Counted from the stretch's first letter, positions 38,766 to 48,608 are shown. The stretch is DNA of 64,000 bases from Minisyncoccota bacterium (GCA_905478465.1 CAJQIN010000002.1:88312-152311), one strand, 5' to 3'. Notes: a model not told the origin generated them from the letters alone. A program made the numbers and translations.

Positions 38766-39489
38766 TTTTCTTTATGTGTCTTCGAATAACCAACTCTTGT
38801 CCTAATGCAAACAAATTACTTGTTGTCCAATATATAGCAATAGCACCTGAGATATTGTAAGCAATGAAAAGGATAACAACAGGGAAGACATATTTCATTT
38901 GAACTTGCATACTTCGTGCCAAATCATCTTTAAACGAAGGAACATGGTCTTTTTTCTTAGCTTCCATAGGAGGCATTGAATATCGCATTTGGAAAAAGTT
39001 CGTCACCGCTGCAGCAATAGCCAAAATCCAAGATTTTCCTGATATATCTATTAAACCTAGAAAGTTTACATCAACTGATGCTGGTATTTTGATAAAAGAA
39101 TAAAGGAGATCAGTATTTACTTGCGGCCAACCTGATTTTAGGAAAACAAAATATAAAGCAAAAATAATCGGTAATTGTATGAATACCAGAATGATACTAA
39201 CAAAAGGACTAATACCGTTCTTTTTATACAAAGCCATAGTTTGCATAGCTTGTTCTTGTGAATTACCTTTATTCTGCTCTTTTATCTTCTCAAGCTCTGG
39301 AGCCACCTGCTTCATACGGAATTGTGTAATCACCGCCTTCTTTGAAAGAGGGAATAGAATAAACTTCACAATACAGGTAAAAATAACAACAGCCACTCCA
39401 GCATCTACAAAAGGCAGAACGTCGATAAGAAAAATCAACCCATTATAGAGAGGTTGATAGAGAGTAGTGTTAAATAAGGAAGAAATCAT
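38755..39489 (-). CDS. yidC: membrane protein insertase YidC/Oxa1 (short form)
   Basis: 244 aa with 5 TM helices and conserved YidC core segments (PLSKK..., IYWTTSNLF). Confidence 0.85.
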   Translation of the reverse strand: MISSLFNTTLYQPLYNGLIFLIDVLPFVDAGVAVVIFTCIVKFILFPLSKKAVITQFRMKQVAPELEKIKEQNKGNSQEQAMQTMALYKKNGISPFVSIILVFIQLPIIFALYFVFLKSGWPQVNTDLLYSFIKIPASVDVNFLGLIDISGKSWILAIAAAVTNFFQMRYSMPPMEAKKKDHVPSFKDDLARSMQVQMKYVFPVVILFIAYNISGAIAIYWTTSNLFALGQELVIRRHIKKNEK

Positions 39490-39515
39490 ATAGAGGTATT
39501 CTAGACTAGATACCT

Positions 39516-39851
39516 CTACATATCAAGAAAATTATGCTTTTTTAAAACTTGTTGAAGATTTGTTTGAAAATTTTCATCAATTTTTACACTTTTTTTAGGA
39601 TATACAACGTATACACAAGGTATAAGGAGGGGAAGTAGACCTTGAAAACCCTGAAAAACCCTTCTTTTTATATAATTCCTGCCCACAGCGGTGGGTGTAT
39701 GCTTTTTTGACACAATAACGGCTATCTTTGGATCTTTTATGGCCTCAACCTTATACACCTTAATAGTCCCATACAAAAAAGAAACCTGCACAGATCGCAT
39801 GGTTAAAGAGGTAAATAACGCCGAGGAGACCTTATTTATACGAGGAATCAT
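39516..39851 (-). CDS. rnpA: ribonuclease P protein component
   Basis: 111 aa, basic, with the AVGRNYIKRR motif (the RNR motif region). Immediately downstream of rpmH. Confidence 0.8.
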   Translation of the reverse strand: MIPRINKVSSALFTSLTMRSVQVSFLYGTIKVYKVEAIKDPKIAVIVSKKHTPTAVGRNYIKRRVFQGFQGLLPLLIPCVYVVYPKKSVKIDENFQTNLQQVLKKHNFLDM

Positions 39852-39860
39852 AAGAAATGT

Positions 39861-39995
39861 TTAAACAGTAAGTTTTTTTCGTCCTTTTTGACGACGACGT
39901 CGTACAATGTTTTGACCACTTGTTGTTTGCTTTCGTACCAAAAAACCATGGCTACGTGCTCGTTTTCTTTTTTTTGGTTGATATGTTTGTGACAT
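39861..39995 (-). CDS. rpmH: 50S ribosomal protein L34
   Basis: Manual translation gives [44 protein letters not shown] (44 aa), the canonical L34. It is below the ORF-track length cutoff. Confidence 0.9.
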   Translation of the reverse strand: MSQTYQPKKRKRARSHGFLVRKQTTSGQNIVRRRRQKGRKKLTV

Positions 39996-40142
39996 AAGTT
40001 TGATGATTATAAGGTGTATTCTCTAAATACGCAAGCTTTTAAATGAATATATCCTTTTTGCAATCAACAGTTTATACACACCTTATTAACACACTCCTGC
40101 TTTTGTTTCAAGTGTTCTATATCTCATTACAAGATATAATGT

Positions 40143-41501
40143 TTGTTAATTATGAATGAAAAACAACTTTGGGATAAAGTATTGGTAGAGGTGGAGCTTA
40201 GTATTTCTAAACCAAACTTCAATACTTGGTTTAAAGATACATTCATCTCAAAAATTGACGGGGGAATGGTACATGTAGGTATTCCAAATGCTTTTGCACG
40301 TGAATGGCTTTCAACTAAATACCATAGCTTCTTGTTAAAAACTCTTCGCACACTCTCATCCGAGGTTAGGGGAATTGAATATTGTGTATCAAAACTAAAC
40401 CCACACCAGAAACAAGAGGCAGAAATTCATACAAATAACACTGAATCCAAAAACACCCTGCCTCTAGAAGAACACTATGTAAATAAAGAGAATAACCTTA
40501 ATCCACGATACACATTCGACACTTTTATTGTTGGACCATTTAATGAACTTGCTCACGCTGCAGCTCAAGCCATTGTGGAACGTCCTGGTATTGTCTACAA
40601 CCCTTTATTTATTTATGGAAATACCGGACATGGAAAAACCCACCTCATACAATCGATAGGGAACCAAATAAAAAAAGTTTTCGACAAGAAACAAGTATTC
40701 TATGTAACCTCTGAAAAATTTGCTCTCGACTACATAAACTCTGTCCAAACAGGAAAGGTAAATAATTTTAAAGAAAAATATCGAAAATATGACGTCCTCA
40801 TCATGGATGATATTCAATTTTTCGCAGGAAAAGAAAAATCTCAAGAAGAATTATTCCATCTTTTCAACTATCTCTACGACAATAACAAGCAAATTATCTT
40901 TTCTTCAGATAAACACCCTAATTACATAAACAATCTAGAAGAAAGACTTAAATCACGCTTTGGAGCGGGTATGATTGTTGATATTCCTACACCAGACCTT
41001 GAGTCTCGTGTGGCTATTCTAAAAAAGAAAGCTCTTGCAAGTAATATCATCCTCAAAGATGAGGTTATACAATTCCTTGCAAGTAATATCACCACAAACA
41101 TTCGAGAATTAGAGGGTGTTCTAAACACTCTGTCCTGCCAAACAGACCTCAAACAAAGAGATCTCAATATAAATGAGATTAAATTCCTCATTAAAGACAA
41201 TACCCAAAGACCAAAAACAAAATCTCCACAAGAAGTTGTTAAACTTATCTCTGATTATTACAACGTAGAGGAATCTGTTATCTATGAAAAAACTCGTCGA
41301 AAGGAAATCATTAAACCCCGACAAATTATCATGTATATTCTTCGTGAAGATTTCAACATCTCATACCCATCGATAGGGCAGAAGCTGGGGGGTCGTGATC
41401 ACACAACAGTTATCCACTCTTGTGAGAAAATAAAGCTCGAAGTTCAGAAGGATGATGTGTTGGCACAGGAGATAAATCAGATACGTTCGATGTTGGTATA
41501 A
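40143..41501 (+). CDS. dnaA: chromosomal replication initiator protein DnaA
   Basis: AAA+ Walker A GNTGHGKTHL, Walker B LIMDDIQF, and a C-terminal DNA-binding domain (GGRDHTTVIHSCEKI). Confidence 0.95.
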   Translation: MLIMNEKQLWDKVLVEVELSISKPNFNTWFKDTFISKIDGGMVHVGIPNAFAREWLSTKYHSFLLKTLRTLSSEVRGIEYCVSKLNPHQKQEAEIHTNNTESKNTLPLEEHYVNKENNLNPRYTFDTFIVGPFNELAHAAAQAIVERPGIVYNPLFIYGNTGHGKTHLIQSIGNQIKKVFDKKQVFYVTSEKFALDYINSVQTGKVNNFKEKYRKYDVLIMDDIQFFAGKEKSQEELFHLFNYLYDNNKQIIFSSDKHPNYINNLEERLKSRFGAGMIVDIPTPDLESRVAILKKKALASNIILKDEVIQFLASNITTNIRELEGVLNTLSCQTDLKQRDLNINEIKFLIKDNTQRPKTKSPQEVVKLISDYYNVEESVIYEKTRRKEIIKPRQIIMYILREDFNISYPSIGQKLGGRDHTTVIHSCEKIKLEVQKDDVLAQEINQIRSMLV

Positions 41502-41704
41502 GATGTGGATAGGGTTGGGGATAGAGTTGGATAAAAAACAGTTAATACAAAAGTTATCCACAAACAAAAGACTTATCCACAATTCATAAGAATTTATTTT
41601 CCCGAGAAACATTACAAACAAAAGACATTCTTAAGAAATCCACATATACACAGGTATAATAATAGAAGTAAGTATTTTAATAAGAATATAAATAATAACT
41701 ACAT
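41502..41704. promoter_or_regulatory. putative oriC: DnaA-box cluster plus AT-rich unwinding region between dnaA and dnaN
   Basis: Perfect TTATCCACA at 41554-41562 and 41573-41581. Near-matches TGTGGATAG (41504-41512) and AATCCACAT (about 41637-41645). A >50-bp A+T tract (41651-41704) follows. Confidence 0.6.
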
Positions 41705-42802
41705 ATGAAAGTAGAGTGTGTAAAAGAAAAAATACAAGAAGCTGTTTCGAAAGCAGAAAAGGTAACGGGGAAACATCTAACCCTGCCAATTCTTTCGTAC
41801 ATCATTTTTGAAGCAACAAAAGAAAGTTTGATTATCAAAGCAACAAACCTTGATGTTGGAGTTGAGATCAATGTTCCATGTAAAGTTTTCGAAGAGGGTG
41901 TTGTGGCTGTACCCGGATCAGTATTTAGTTCTCTTCTTTCAAATCTAACAAATCAGAAGGTTGTTCTGGAAACACAAGAACAAACACTTTTAGTTTCAAC
42001 CGAAACAAGCTCCACAACAATCAAAACGGTACCTCATGACGACTTTCCTAGTATACCGAAGTCATCAAGTCAGGAATCTTTTTCCGTGCACTCAGAGTCA
42101 TTTATCGAGGGAATCAAATCTGTTTGGTATGCAGCAGCTGTTTCAAGTATGAAACCAGAATTATCTAGTGTTTTTGTAACTCACAATGAAGATAATATTA
42201 TTTTTGTAGGAACAGATTCATTCCGTTTGGCAGAAAGACATATTCGAGTAAAAAAAATAAAAGATTTTCCTAACATTCTCATCCCGGTAAAAAATATTCC
42301 AGACATTATTAAAATACTCGAAGGTATTTCTGAAGATGTTGAATTGTATATAGCAGAAGATCAGATGTTGATTAAAACACAAGATATAGAGCTAGTATCC
42401 CGTCTTGTTGACGGATCTTTTCCTGATTACAAACAAATTATCCCTGCAGAAAAAACCACATCAGTGACTGTTTTGAAGAAGGATTTATTGCATGGTCTAA
42501 AAACTGCAAATATTTTCTCAAACAAATTCAATCAAATACACTTGATGGTTAATCCTGAAGCAAAAATATTTTCTTGTGATACGCAAAATACTGATGTGGG
42601 AGAAAACACTACACACATAGACGCTGTATTGAAAGGGGATACTGTAGAATTGAATTTTAATTATAAATATATTGTTGATTGTTTTCAGTCAGTAGATGGG
42701 GATTCTGTAGCATTAGATTTTAATGGGTCTAATAAGCCGGTGGTGATTCGTGATATTTCAAACCCATTGTTCTTGTATTTGGTTATGCCTATGTCTCGTT
42801 AA
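41705..42802 (+). CDS. dnaN: DNA polymerase III beta sliding clamp
   Basis: 365 aa with the three-domain clamp layout, directly downstream of dnaA and oriC. Confidence 0.9.
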   Translation: MKVECVKEKIQEAVSKAEKVTGKHLTLPILSYIIFEATKESLIIKATNLDVGVEINVPCKVFEEGVVAVPGSVFSSLLSNLTNQKVVLETQEQTLLVSTETSSTTIKTVPHDDFPSIPKSSSQESFSVHSESFIEGIKSVWYAAAVSSMKPELSSVFVTHNEDNIIFVGTDSFRLAERHIRVKKIKDFPNILIPVKNIPDIIKILEGISEDVELYIAEDQMLIKTQDIELVSRLVDGSFPDYKQIIPAEKTTSVTVLKKDLLHGLKTANIFSNKFNQIHLMVNPEAKIFSCDTQNTDVGENTTHIDAVLKGDTVELNFNYKYIVDCFQSVDGDSVALDFNGSNKPVVIRDISNPLFLYLVMPMSR

Positions 42803-42809
42803 AAACACT

Positions 42810-43067
42810 ATGGATAATCTCTCTGGATTTTTTTCAAAGTTTACACATATTCTTGAACAAAAGAATATCGAGGAGCAGGCTGTGATTGACGGGGTCAAAG
42901 AATTTACCGGATATGTATTAGAAAAATCTTCAATAAAGATTAAAGATGGTGTGTTGTCTCTTGGGGTGAATAGTGCGATAAAGACACAAATTTTTTTTAA
43001 ACGTGTGGAGTTTATTTCTTATGTTAACAAGAAGTGTGATAAAGAAATTATTCGAGAGGTGCGGTAG
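42810..43067 (+). CDS. DUF721/DciA-like small protein
   Basis: 85 aa from the ATG at 42810, immediately after dnaN, where DUF721 (DciA helicase-loader family) genes commonly sit. Similarity is weak. Confidence 0.35.
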   Translation: MDNLSGFFSKFTHILEQKNIEEQAVIDGVKEFTGYVLEKSSIKIKDGVLSLGVNSAIKTQIFFKRVEFISYVNKKCDKEIIREVR

Positions 43068-43076
43068 GGGTTTTAT

Positions 43077-43454
43077 TTAGCAACTTGTTTTGTAAATTTG
43101 CCTCCAGTTTAAAGTTCTGAACTCGTCCAGTAAGGGGAGCCAGTTTGGACGGTCCGAGTAATTCTCGGGCCGTTCTGCATTCTGAGTTTTCATTTTTACG
43201 GCTAAAGCAAAGGGTTTATTGTATGAATAACTTACTTTTTTATTCTCCAAGAAGTCATCCCGGGTCTTCCAGCTACTTAAATGACTTGGATGCAATTTAT
43301 ATTTTTTAGCAAACGCTTTTGCTGTAGAAATCTTAATCTCATCTCTTTCTTTTGATGTCATCACAGACCATTCAATAAACGCTTTAAAAACATCTGTCAT
43401 TTTAGGACCACATTTCTTTCGGCTTTTTTGGTTACCCCCCAGCAGAATTAACAT
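43077..43454 (-). CDS. hypothetical protein with transposase-type HTH-like segment (possible mobile-element remnant)
   Basis: KISTAKAFAKKYKLHPSHLSSWK resembles the IS3-family OrfA HTH (…stlykW.k). Marks the boundary of the higher-GC island. Confidence 0.3.
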   Translation of the reverse strand: MLILLGGNQKSRKKCGPKMTDVFKAFIEWSVMTSKERDEIKISTAKAFAKKYKLHPSHLSSWKTRDDFLENKKVSYSYNKPFALAVKMKTQNAERPENYSDRPNWLPLLDEFRTLNWRQIYKTSC

Positions 43455-43882
43455 TTTGTTTACCTTGTTCTTGTGTCATATGCGTTATTTACTCACTTTT
43501 TGAGCACGCTTAAGTGTTAATTTGTTTTCTTGTATGGTTCGAAACCTATTATCATCCCTTCTTTTCAAATCATTATTAATCTTCGAACCTACTTGAGACG
43601 TCTTTATGTCGACCAGCATCTTGAAAAAGCCCAAAAGGTTTTGGTCCACTGTATTTATTGGAGTTTTCGCACATTTGGCTCTTGTCATAGATAACAAAAA
43701 AGACGCCTCGTAATGTGCGTAATCGGTTTGAGTGAGAAACCTACACGCGCACCACGTCTGCGTCCTTTCGGAGCCAGCCCAGCATTACTACCTCTCTATG
43801 CTGGGATCTGTACGTTAGTTGTAATTTAATAATGTCAATTTTTCATAAAAATTGCAATACTTACTTATAAACATGTTAAACC

Positions 43883-44542
43883 TTGTTACTGAGACCTATT
43901 AATGTAATGCCTTGTTGGGCAGAAAATGCTAAAATGGCCTTACTTATGTCTACATTACATTGGTACCAAACAAAAACACTTCCATCCAAAAGTTACACCT
44001 GTGGTCACTGCGGTAATCAACTTGCGTCTAATGTTGGCTTCCAGGGAAGTGCCCAGGAGGATGGTGGTGGGCGGCCTGATCGTTACATTTATATTTGTCA
44101 TCACTGCTTTAAGCCAACCTACTTCTCTCCAAAAGCAGAGCAGGTCCCCGGCTCTAGACCAGGAGAAGATATTTCTGGCATAGATGAGGTCGGAGTTGAA
44201 ACTTTATATAAAGAAGCGAGAGACGCATATTCAAAGAACGCCTTTACCGCGACAGTTCTCTCTTGTAGAAAATTACTTATGCATATAGCGGTTTCAAAGG
44301 GGGCAAAACCTAATCAAAAGTTCATAGTTTATGTTAAATATCTTTCAGATAATAATTTTGTTCCGCCGGGAGCCAAAGATTGGGTTGATCATATTAGAGA
44401 AAAAGGTAATGAAGCAAATCATGAGATTGTGGTCATGACCAAAGAGGAAGCCGATGATTTATTGGCATTTGTAAGCATGCTTCTAAAGTTAGTATACGAG
44501 TTCCCAAGTAAGATGAAAAAAAAGGATCAACCTGAGAATTAA
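43883..44542 (+). CDS. Zn-ribbon plus DUF4145-like domain protein
   Basis: N-terminal CxxC...CxxC (YTCGHCGN, YICHHCFKP). The C-terminal helical domain with TATVLSCRKLLMHIA resembles the DUF4145 CRxxLE core seen in R-M/Abi contexts. Confidence 0.4.
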   Translation: MLLRPINVMPCWAENAKMALLMSTLHWYQTKTLPSKSYTCGHCGNQLASNVGFQGSAQEDGGGRPDRYIYICHHCFKPTYFSPKAEQVPGSRPGEDISGIDEVGVETLYKEARDAYSKNAFTATVLSCRKLLMHIAVSKGAKPNQKFIVYVKYLSDNNFVPPGAKDWVDHIREKGNEANHEIVVMTKEEADDLLAFVSMLLKLVYEFPSKMKKKDQPEN

Positions 44543-44552
44543 GGCAAATAAC

Positions 44553-44900
44553 ATGTCAGACATTAATAAACTTATCAAAAGAATAGCTGACTTTAGGGAC
44601 GCAAGGGATTGGAAACAATTCCATAACCCCAAGGATTGTGCGATTTCTCTGTCTCTTGAAGCATCGGAAGTGCTTGAACATTTTCAGTGGAAGAGCTCTG
44701 AAGAAATAAAAGAATATGTAGAAAGCAACAAGGGAGAGATCTCCGAGGAACTTGCTGATGTTTTGTATTGGGTTCTTTTAATGTCTAACGATCTGGATGT
44801 AGATATCGCTGATGCTTTTGAAAAGAAGATGAAGAAGAATGAAGATAAATACCCAATAGAAAAAGCAAAAGGTCGTCACGCTAAATACACAGAATTATGA
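44553..44900 (+). CDS. MazG-like nucleoside triphosphate pyrophosphohydrolase (small all-alpha NTP-PPase)
   Basis: 115 aa with the EExxE metal-binding helix (LEASEVLEHF...ELADVLYW) typical of MazG/HisE-like NTP-PPases. Confidence 0.65.
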   Translation: MSDINKLIKRIADFRDARDWKQFHNPKDCAISLSLEASEVLEHFQWKSSEEIKEYVESNKGEISEELADVLYWVLLMSNDLDVDIADAFEKKMKKNEDKYPIEKAKGRHAKYTEL

Positions 44901-45895
44901 GTAATGTATGGCGATTTACAGGCCCACCTGAAAACTGGATCACAGCTTTTGGAATAAACAACTGGGCACTAAACGAAAACAATAAATCACTCTGGGAGAA
45001 TAAGATAAAACCAGGAGACACGGTAATTTTCCATTCAACAAAGAAGTCAGAGTTCTCAAACAAAACTCAATCAGTTGTAATCGGTTTTGGTTATGTAGGA
45101 AAACCTTTGTATGAGAAGGATGAGCTTTGGTGGCTTCAAGAAGTTAGAGATAATAAAAACTACTGGCCATACGTGGTTCCACTAAAAGAAGTTTATTTAT
45201 TTTCAGATGTTGAAGATATAGATTTCGATACTCCAATACAAGATAAGAGTGAAGAACAGATTACTAGCGAAATAGATACCCTAATTAAGAAAGGCGTTCT
45301 CATCTCTTCATTAAACGAACAGGCACAAAAACAAGACCCATCAGTACCCCAATTCCCAGTCAATGGTTCTGCTTCAGGTATTAATATAATTTATGAAGAT
45401 CTAATCCTTGAACAGGACCGGGACTTTATAGCCAAATCAGAAACTCAAGACACGGAAATACTTGAAAAGAAGCTTGCTGAAAGTTATGACGAAAAATTAG
45501 CATATCTCAGTAAAGAAGAAGTCCTTGATCAAGCTAAAACCTTTGATAACAGTGCTGATGAAGCATATATCGTTAAGTACGGTAAGAAGTGTGTACGCAA
45601 AGAAAACCAAGCCCAGAAGCGTCGTGTGGCCCATATAGAGGACTACACATGTCAGGTTTGCGGTTTTAAGTCTGAATATACTAGAACTAATGGAAAGAAA
45701 GGTTGGATAATTGACATAGACCATATTAAAGAAAAATCTGAAGGTGGTAACGAAAACATGGATAACCTTTGGGCCTTATGTCCTAATTGTCATGCAAAGA
45801 AAACAAGAGGAGTAATCACTGTAGATCTTGAAGCTAAGAAAGTTTACGAAGATAACAAAGAGGTCGAAATTAGAGATAATCATTTGTTCACATGA
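44897..45895 (+). CDS. PUA-like (EVE/ASCH-type) N-terminal domain fused to a C-terminal HNH endonuclease
   Basis: HNH motif CQVCGF...DIDHIKEKSEGGNENMDNLWALCPNCHAKK. The N-terminal 110 aa has the W/GD/beta-barrel pattern of PUA-like modified-base readers. Its start overlaps the MazG-like stop as ATGA. Confidence 0.6.
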   Translation: MSNVWRFTGPPENWITAFGINNWALNENNKSLWENKIKPGDTVIFHSTKKSEFSNKTQSVVIGFGYVGKPLYEKDELWWLQEVRDNKNYWPYVVPLKEVYLFSDVEDIDFDTPIQDKSEEQITSEIDTLIKKGVLISSLNEQAQKQDPSVPQFPVNGSASGINIIYEDLILEQDRDFIAKSETQDTEILEKKLAESYDEKLAYLSKEEVLDQAKTFDNSADEAYIVKYGKKCVRKENQAQKRRVAHIEDYTCQVCGFKSEYTRTNGKKGWIIDIDHIKEKSEGGNENMDNLWALCPNCHAKKTRGVITVDLEAKKVYEDNKEVEIRDNHLFT

Positions 45896-47190
45896 AAACG
45901 GAACTAACTAACAAAGCAGTTAATAGGTTGTATAAATACAGAGCAAACATCGATTTGGAACCACAGTTTCAAAGACAAAAAGTCTGGTCTACTAAAAAAC
46001 AGCAGTATTTTATAGATACTATTTTAAAAAAATGGGGCGTGCCTAAAATGTATTTCCTTTTTCTTAGTAAAAAAGGTGCCGCTACAAACTTGTATGCTTG
46101 TATTGATGGAAAACAAAGGTTAACTGCAATATATAATTTTTTAGGAGATGAAATAGTTTTAAATAAAGAATATAGCGGCATACATGGTGGTAAAAAATAC
46201 AGTGAGTTACCTGAAAAGATACAGGACCAATTTGATGCGTACGAAATAGATATAGAAGAAGTTTCAGAAGCAACAAACGAAGAAATATCGGAATTGTTCA
46301 AAAGATTACAAGGGGGAACCCCGCTTAATTCAGGAGAAAAGTTAATGGCTACCGGTGGTGATCTTTGCAAAAAAATAAAAACTTTTTCTGCACATAAGTT
46401 TCTTAAGGAAAAAATACTATTGTCAGATACTCGATACACATATTTCACCATATGTGCCCAGTTAGCATACTTGGAAACTCACGGGATATCTAACCTGAGC
46501 TTTACTCAATTAGAAAGCTTTCTAAAACATAATAAAAATAATGCTACAGCTGGCTTTGAGCTTAAAAGTAAGTTGAAGAAAATTAAAGAGGTCCTAGATA
46601 CTCTTAAGGTGATTTTTGAAGAAGCTCCAACCTATTTTAAAAACAGGGCTTCTGTTGTATCTACTTACCTTTTAGTATCTGAGCTTATAGATAAAGGAAG
46701 TATTAATGATAAGCATGAAGAAATCAAAGCTTTTTTCGACAGGTTTATGAAAGATTTAGAAGAAGAAATCGAGAAGGGTTCGCAAGCCACAGATGCACAG
46801 CTCATAAGTTATCAATCTTCTGTAACCCAAGGTGCTGACAAACAAAAAAGTATAAAGACAAGACACGAGATACTTATCGATAGATTAATAAAGTTTGATC
46901 CGTCCTTCCACACCTTTTTTAATAAGAACAAAGAGCCAGCGTTGCAGTTCAATGAACTCTACGAAAAGTTTGGGCTTAAATTAGGAAATAGTACAAAAAT
47001 TGATGAGTGGATTTTTGCTCAGAAACCTCGTCTTAAGCGTATTACTTGCGGAAGAAATAGCAATGAAGAAAGTTTACCTACACACATTAGGCATTGTATC
47101 CATCATAAGAAGCATGGAACCTATACAAACTCTGAGCTGAGGAAAGCCATAAAATTACTAGATGAGCTGAAATCAAAACTACCCAAATAA
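45892..47190 (+). CDS. DUF262 (ParB-like nuclease, GmrSD N-terminal domain) protein
   Basis: (Q/E)FQRQxVW and CIDGKQRLTAI, the DGQQR motif of DUF262. The C-terminal half has His-rich HxxxHxxH that may act as a nuclease. Its start overlaps the HNH gene stop as ATGA. Confidence 0.65.
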   Translation: MKTELTNKAVNRLYKYRANIDLEPQFQRQKVWSTKKQQYFIDTILKKWGVPKMYFLFLSKKGAATNLYACIDGKQRLTAIYNFLGDEIVLNKEYSGIHGGKKYSELPEKIQDQFDAYEIDIEEVSEATNEEISELFKRLQGGTPLNSGEKLMATGGDLCKKIKTFSAHKFLKEKILLSDTRYTYFTICAQLAYLETHGISNLSFTQLESFLKHNKNNATAGFELKSKLKKIKEVLDTLKVIFEEAPTYFKNRASVVSTYLLVSELIDKGSINDKHEEIKAFFDRFMKDLEEEIEKGSQATDAQLISYQSSVTQGADKQKSIKTRHEILIDRLIKFDPSFHTFFNKNKEPALQFNELYEKFGLKLGNSTKIDEWIFAQKPRLKRITCGRNSNEESLPTHIRHCIHHKKHGTYTNSELRKAIKLLDELKSKLPK

Positions 47191-47286
47191 TTATTTTGGG
47201 GTGATTAAAAGGTTGGAAGAGTAGAAGTTAAAAGGAGTAGATAATACTACATGGGATTGCTTGGGATAAATTGGTAAAATGAACAC

Positions 47287-48048
47287 ATGTCAGCAATTGC
47301 AAAACTAAACAGAGGGAAAGAACATTTTGCGCGTTTGCGGCAAGTTATTGATGAATATCATGCCTCTACACCCTTCAGTGGAGTGTGTGAGGAAGAGAAA
47401 GAAACGGGTGACCTTGTGTACCGTGTAAAAATAATGAAACCTGTTCCGTCTGAAGAATTAGGACTACTTGTTGGTGACCTCATTCACAATCTACATTCCG
47501 CACTCGACTTGAGAGTTTCTGAGTTGGTTGTGGCAAATGGGAATAAGCCCACAAGAGAACATGCTTTTCCTTTTAGCAGGACCGCCCTAGAAATCCAGAG
47601 CGTCGCTGTTCGATGTTTGGTGGGAGTTTCGCCAGCACACACTCAACTCATTATTGGACTAAATTCCTATCAAGGCGGTAATGACTTACTTTGGGAACTT
47701 CACTATTTAGATATCCTTGATAAGCATCGTCAGTTAATTATCGCTGGCAGTGCCCAACAATCTGTAATAATTGACCCATCAGCGATGCTTAGAAAAATGC
47801 AACCGGAATGGAACATTCCTGAAATACCAGTCGCAATTCGGCCTGCCGAACGAGATTTTCCACTAGTAGATGGCACTGAGCTTTTCCGTGTTAAAAAAGC
47901 GGCCAGAACTGAGGGTGTGGAAGAAAAGGTTGGTTTTCCCTTTGAGATTGCTTACAGTGACGGAAATAATACATATGGTGAAGCGCTTTTACCTAAAATG
48001 GAAGCGATGGTGACTGAGGTTGAGAGAGTACTTACTCAGTTACAGTAA
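47287..48048 (+). CDS. hypothetical protein (island cargo)
   Basis: 253-aa ORF with higher GC than the genome background. No recognised domain. Confidence 0.4.
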   Translation: MSAIAKLNRGKEHFARLRQVIDEYHASTPFSGVCEEEKETGDLVYRVKIMKPVPSEELGLLVGDLIHNLHSALDLRVSELVVANGNKPTREHAFPFSRTALEIQSVAVRCLVGVSPAHTQLIIGLNSYQGGNDLLWELHYLDILDKHRQLIIAGSAQQSVIIDPSAMLRKMQPEWNIPEIPVAIRPAERDFPLVDGTELFRVKKAARTEGVEEKVGFPFEIAYSDGNNTYGEALLPKMEAMVTEVERVLTQLQ

Positions 48049-48139
48049 TTAAATTAGATAGGAACAAAGACCTGATTGGCGGTGAAATAGGTTCGAAGAG
48101 CAGAAGCTAAGGGGAGCCCTTGTAAAGAAAAGTAAAGTA

Positions 48140-48547
48140 TTATTTTTGCTTTTCTAAATATTCCTGAATCAATTCTATATCTCTCAAATCCTTCTCTCTC
48201 CCTAATTGAGTTTTTGCATTTATCAACATCTCTAAACTCATAAAAGGTATTCCTTCAACATAATTTGCGAGAGGTAGTGCTTCATCAAGCGAATAATTTT
48301 CTTTCATAAAATCTAAAGTTTGCTTAGCTCCAGAAATACCTTGGGGATGTTCTAGTGTGGTTGTATATTTATGGTGACGTTTCCAACCTTCTTCTTTTTC
48401 TAATTTTTCAAACAGTATGGGCGAAACTAGGATATCTATATCACCTGCTTCGCGAATACCTAAAACATCTAGAATTGCACTTCCACAAACCATAAATTCT
48501 CCTTCTGGTAAATTTAATTCTTTAACTCTGGAAATATAATCTGACAT
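48140..48547 (-). CDS. minimal nucleotidyltransferase-fold protein
   Basis: GSAILDVLGIREAGDIDILV matches the GS...[DE]xD pol-beta NTase signature. Confidence 0.4.
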   Translation of the reverse strand: MSDYISRVKELNLPEGEFMVCGSAILDVLGIREAGDIDILVSPILFEKLEKEEGWKRHHKYTTTLEHPQGISGAKQTLDFMKENYSLDEALPLANYVEGIPFMSLEMLINAKTQLGREKDLRDIELIQEYLEKQK

Positions 48548-48608
48548 ACAATTATTCTATCAAATTAGTTCTTAAGTTCTAATTACACAAAACTCAAAAA
48601 ACAACCTT

